DNA from: Mobula birostris
Lineage: Eukaryota
Assembly (NCBI RefSeq): GCF_030028105.1
Contig: NC_092402.1
Coordinates: forward strand, 33,650,843 to 33,714,842
Direction of reading: 5' to 3'
Length of the DNA stretch: 64,000 bases
Position 1 is the stretch's first letter, and the number at the start of each line of letters is the position of its first letter. A program made the translations under genes and the position numbers. This document shows positions 61,851-64,000 of the stretch, one piece after another. The notes below the pieces were generated by a model. It was given only the letters and a program-made list of their open reading frames with translations. It did not search any database and was not told the origin of the DNA.

Positions 61851-62537
61851 CCCACTAACATTCCACACAGCACTTGCTGAAGTGTTCAAACCTCAAATGC
61901 TTGGTCTCATTTCCCTTAAAAACAGATTCCATAATCCCCACATATTAGAGATATCAGAGATTCGTGCCTATAATTTCCCAGGTATCTCTCTTAATTAATT
62001 AACAGTGGACCATTGGTAGTGTTCTATGCCTGAGAGGTCATTCCCAAATCAAAACTACTATTGAAAGCCATATAAGTGAATATATTAACAAATATCTCAC
62101 ATATTGTAAGTTGGGAAACATCAGGACAGTGAATTATTTATCCATTATCTTCAGCATTTATCTATTACTTTTTACTTTTATTAAGAATAGTTAATACTTC
62201 CCCTTGATTTATTTTTGGATTTCCTTGCATTGTTTTATTCTCCTAATCTCGTGTGCTAATTGATTGCCTTCCATTTCCTGATATCTAATTTCATTACATG
62301 CCATATCTGTCATTAAAGCATTAAATACATGTTTCTTTTAAAATGTTGTCAAAAGACTGTAGTGGTCTACTTTTTACTGGATACATATTTTTTTTGTTAT
62401 CAATTAATATTTTATGTATTTGATTTCTTTGCATTTATCCAAAACCCACTGGAGATCAATTTTAGTCTTTGCTGAAATGACGCAACTTTCAAATTGATAA
62501 TAAAGGTGTTGATTAGTTTTTTTGCCTCTGTTCATGC

Positions 62538-63090
62538 TTACTTCTTCAGCCAGAGGGTGGTGAATCTGTGGAATTCACTACCATAGACGGCTGTGAAAGC
62601 CAAGTCATTGGGTATATTTAAAGCTGAGGTTGACAGTTCTTGATTAGTCAAGATGTCAAAGGTTACGTGGAGAAGGCGGGCGAATGGGGTTGAGAGGTTG
62701 CATGTGTTCCTGGATTCTGGTTACTCTTTCTTTTTTGCTGTTTTTAACCAGCTTGATCAATTCAGCCTGTGTCACAGGCCTGCAGCAAGCTAGTGGCGCT
62801 GAACGGAAATGAATACTTCTGGATGTTTCGTGTTCTATGTGTTGTTCACTCACTTTTTGCCATTTGCACAATTCGTTCTTTTTTTGCACGTTGGGCGCTT
62901 GATGTTTTCTTGAACAGGTGCCATGGTGTTTCTTTGTTTCATGGCTGCCTGAAGGAGGACGAATCTCAGAGTTTTATTCTGTATACATACTTAGATAATA
63001 AATATACCTTGAATCATTGAGATCAGCCATGATGGAATGGCGGAGCAGACTTGATGGTCGAATTCTGTTCCTATATCTGATGGTCTTATT
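62538..63090 (+). mobile_element. CR1 3' fragment with a LINE-tail/SINE-like insert (about 62697-63015)
   Basis: ttcttcagccagagggtggtgaatctgtggaattc..ggggttgag|insert|gatcagccatgatggaatggcggagcagac. Confidence 0.7.
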
Positions 63091-64000
63091 GTAGATGATG
63101 CCACATTAAAATTTGAGTTATTCAGCTATGTTAACTGCATCTGTATCATACTATGGCTAAAGTAAAGAATTTAAAAAAATTATAAATGCAAGATTCTTCT
63201 CTCACTTCACACTTGGTTACAGCAGAATATGCAGTAGTTTAAATGCAGAGCATCATCACAATTGAGTGAAGTTCAGAATAAAGAATTTTATTTAACAGCA
63301 ATGAAATTAGTTTAAGACTTCACTTTGAGGGTGAAGAAAGAGACTTGTGTTGAAGTACTTCAGTACATATTTGATCAAATTACGGTTTGCCACTTGTCCA
63401 AAACCTGCAGCTTAAATATACGATAGTCATGAATGGATACAATAAGGAATTGAGTTTTTCTTTACTCAGAATGGTTAGAATGTGAAACATGCTATCACAT
63501 GCAGGCAAAAGGTTGAGTACTATTTAAAAGGGTTCTTTCCATGAAACAGGTATGAAAGCAAGGATCTGTTAACATTGATAGGAAATAAAGTGGGAGAAGA
63601 CTCACATGGAGCCTAAGCTTTGGCATAAAACTATTAGGTTCTTTCTGTGATCCAAATTTAAAGTGCTGCTTTATAATTAATGAATAATTAATAAACTGAT
63701 AACAGGAAAATAACCTAATGAAATAATGCATGGTATCCAGAATAGCAAAATCACTCTCAGGCAGTGCCCTTGGGAAAACGTGGATAAAAATGACTATTCA
63801 TTTGCCAATAAGTCAAAAAAAAGTTTATTAAATGTTTTAAATACAGTAAAATTATTTAGAAAAACTTATAAAGCTCATAATTGTTATATTAAGTTCCTTT
63901 GGTTATGAGTATTTACGATAAGTACCTTACACTCTACTTTCTGCTCAAACTAAAACTAAACTGTGAACATGATAAAGGAGTGGCTAGGACCAGGATATTA

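Noticed and set aside
1-64000. Prokaryotic-style systems (CRISPR array, operon, retron or defence locus) suggested by the many RT ORFs
   Set aside because: All RTs are eukaryotic CR1, Rex1, Penelope or Gypsy types with stops and frameshifts; no regularly spaced repeats or gene-dense structure

Overview
This is eukaryotic, repeat-rich vertebrate DNA. The CR1, Rex1, Penelope and V-SINE families suggest a cartilaginous fish, probably a ray (inference). I recognise no host protein-coding gene, rRNA, tRNA or CRISPR array, and the long ORFs I could identify are transposable-element (TE) relics. Contents: (1) an 8.4-kb, four-level TE nest at 4284-12667, where a pogo/Tigger-like shell holds hAT>L2, Rex1(+)>Rex1(-)>Penelope, a solo LTR and SINEs; (2) a near-complete young CR1 ORF2 inserted in an older CR1 (20040-25370); (3) a decayed full-length Gypsy element with both LTRs (32530-36948); (4) further CR1, Rex1, L1, Tc1-MITE and SINE fragments; (5) TE-poor AT-rich islands that may be regulatory. 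The most notable hidden signal is about 18 Penelope pseudo-LTR (pLTR) remnants, many carrying a minimal hammerhead ribozyme motif. One copy is intact (53871-53906, minus strand). Several form fold-back insertions whose inverted arm repeatedly starts at the ribozyme core. Boundaries were read by eye and are approximate unless a TIR or TSD is quoted.
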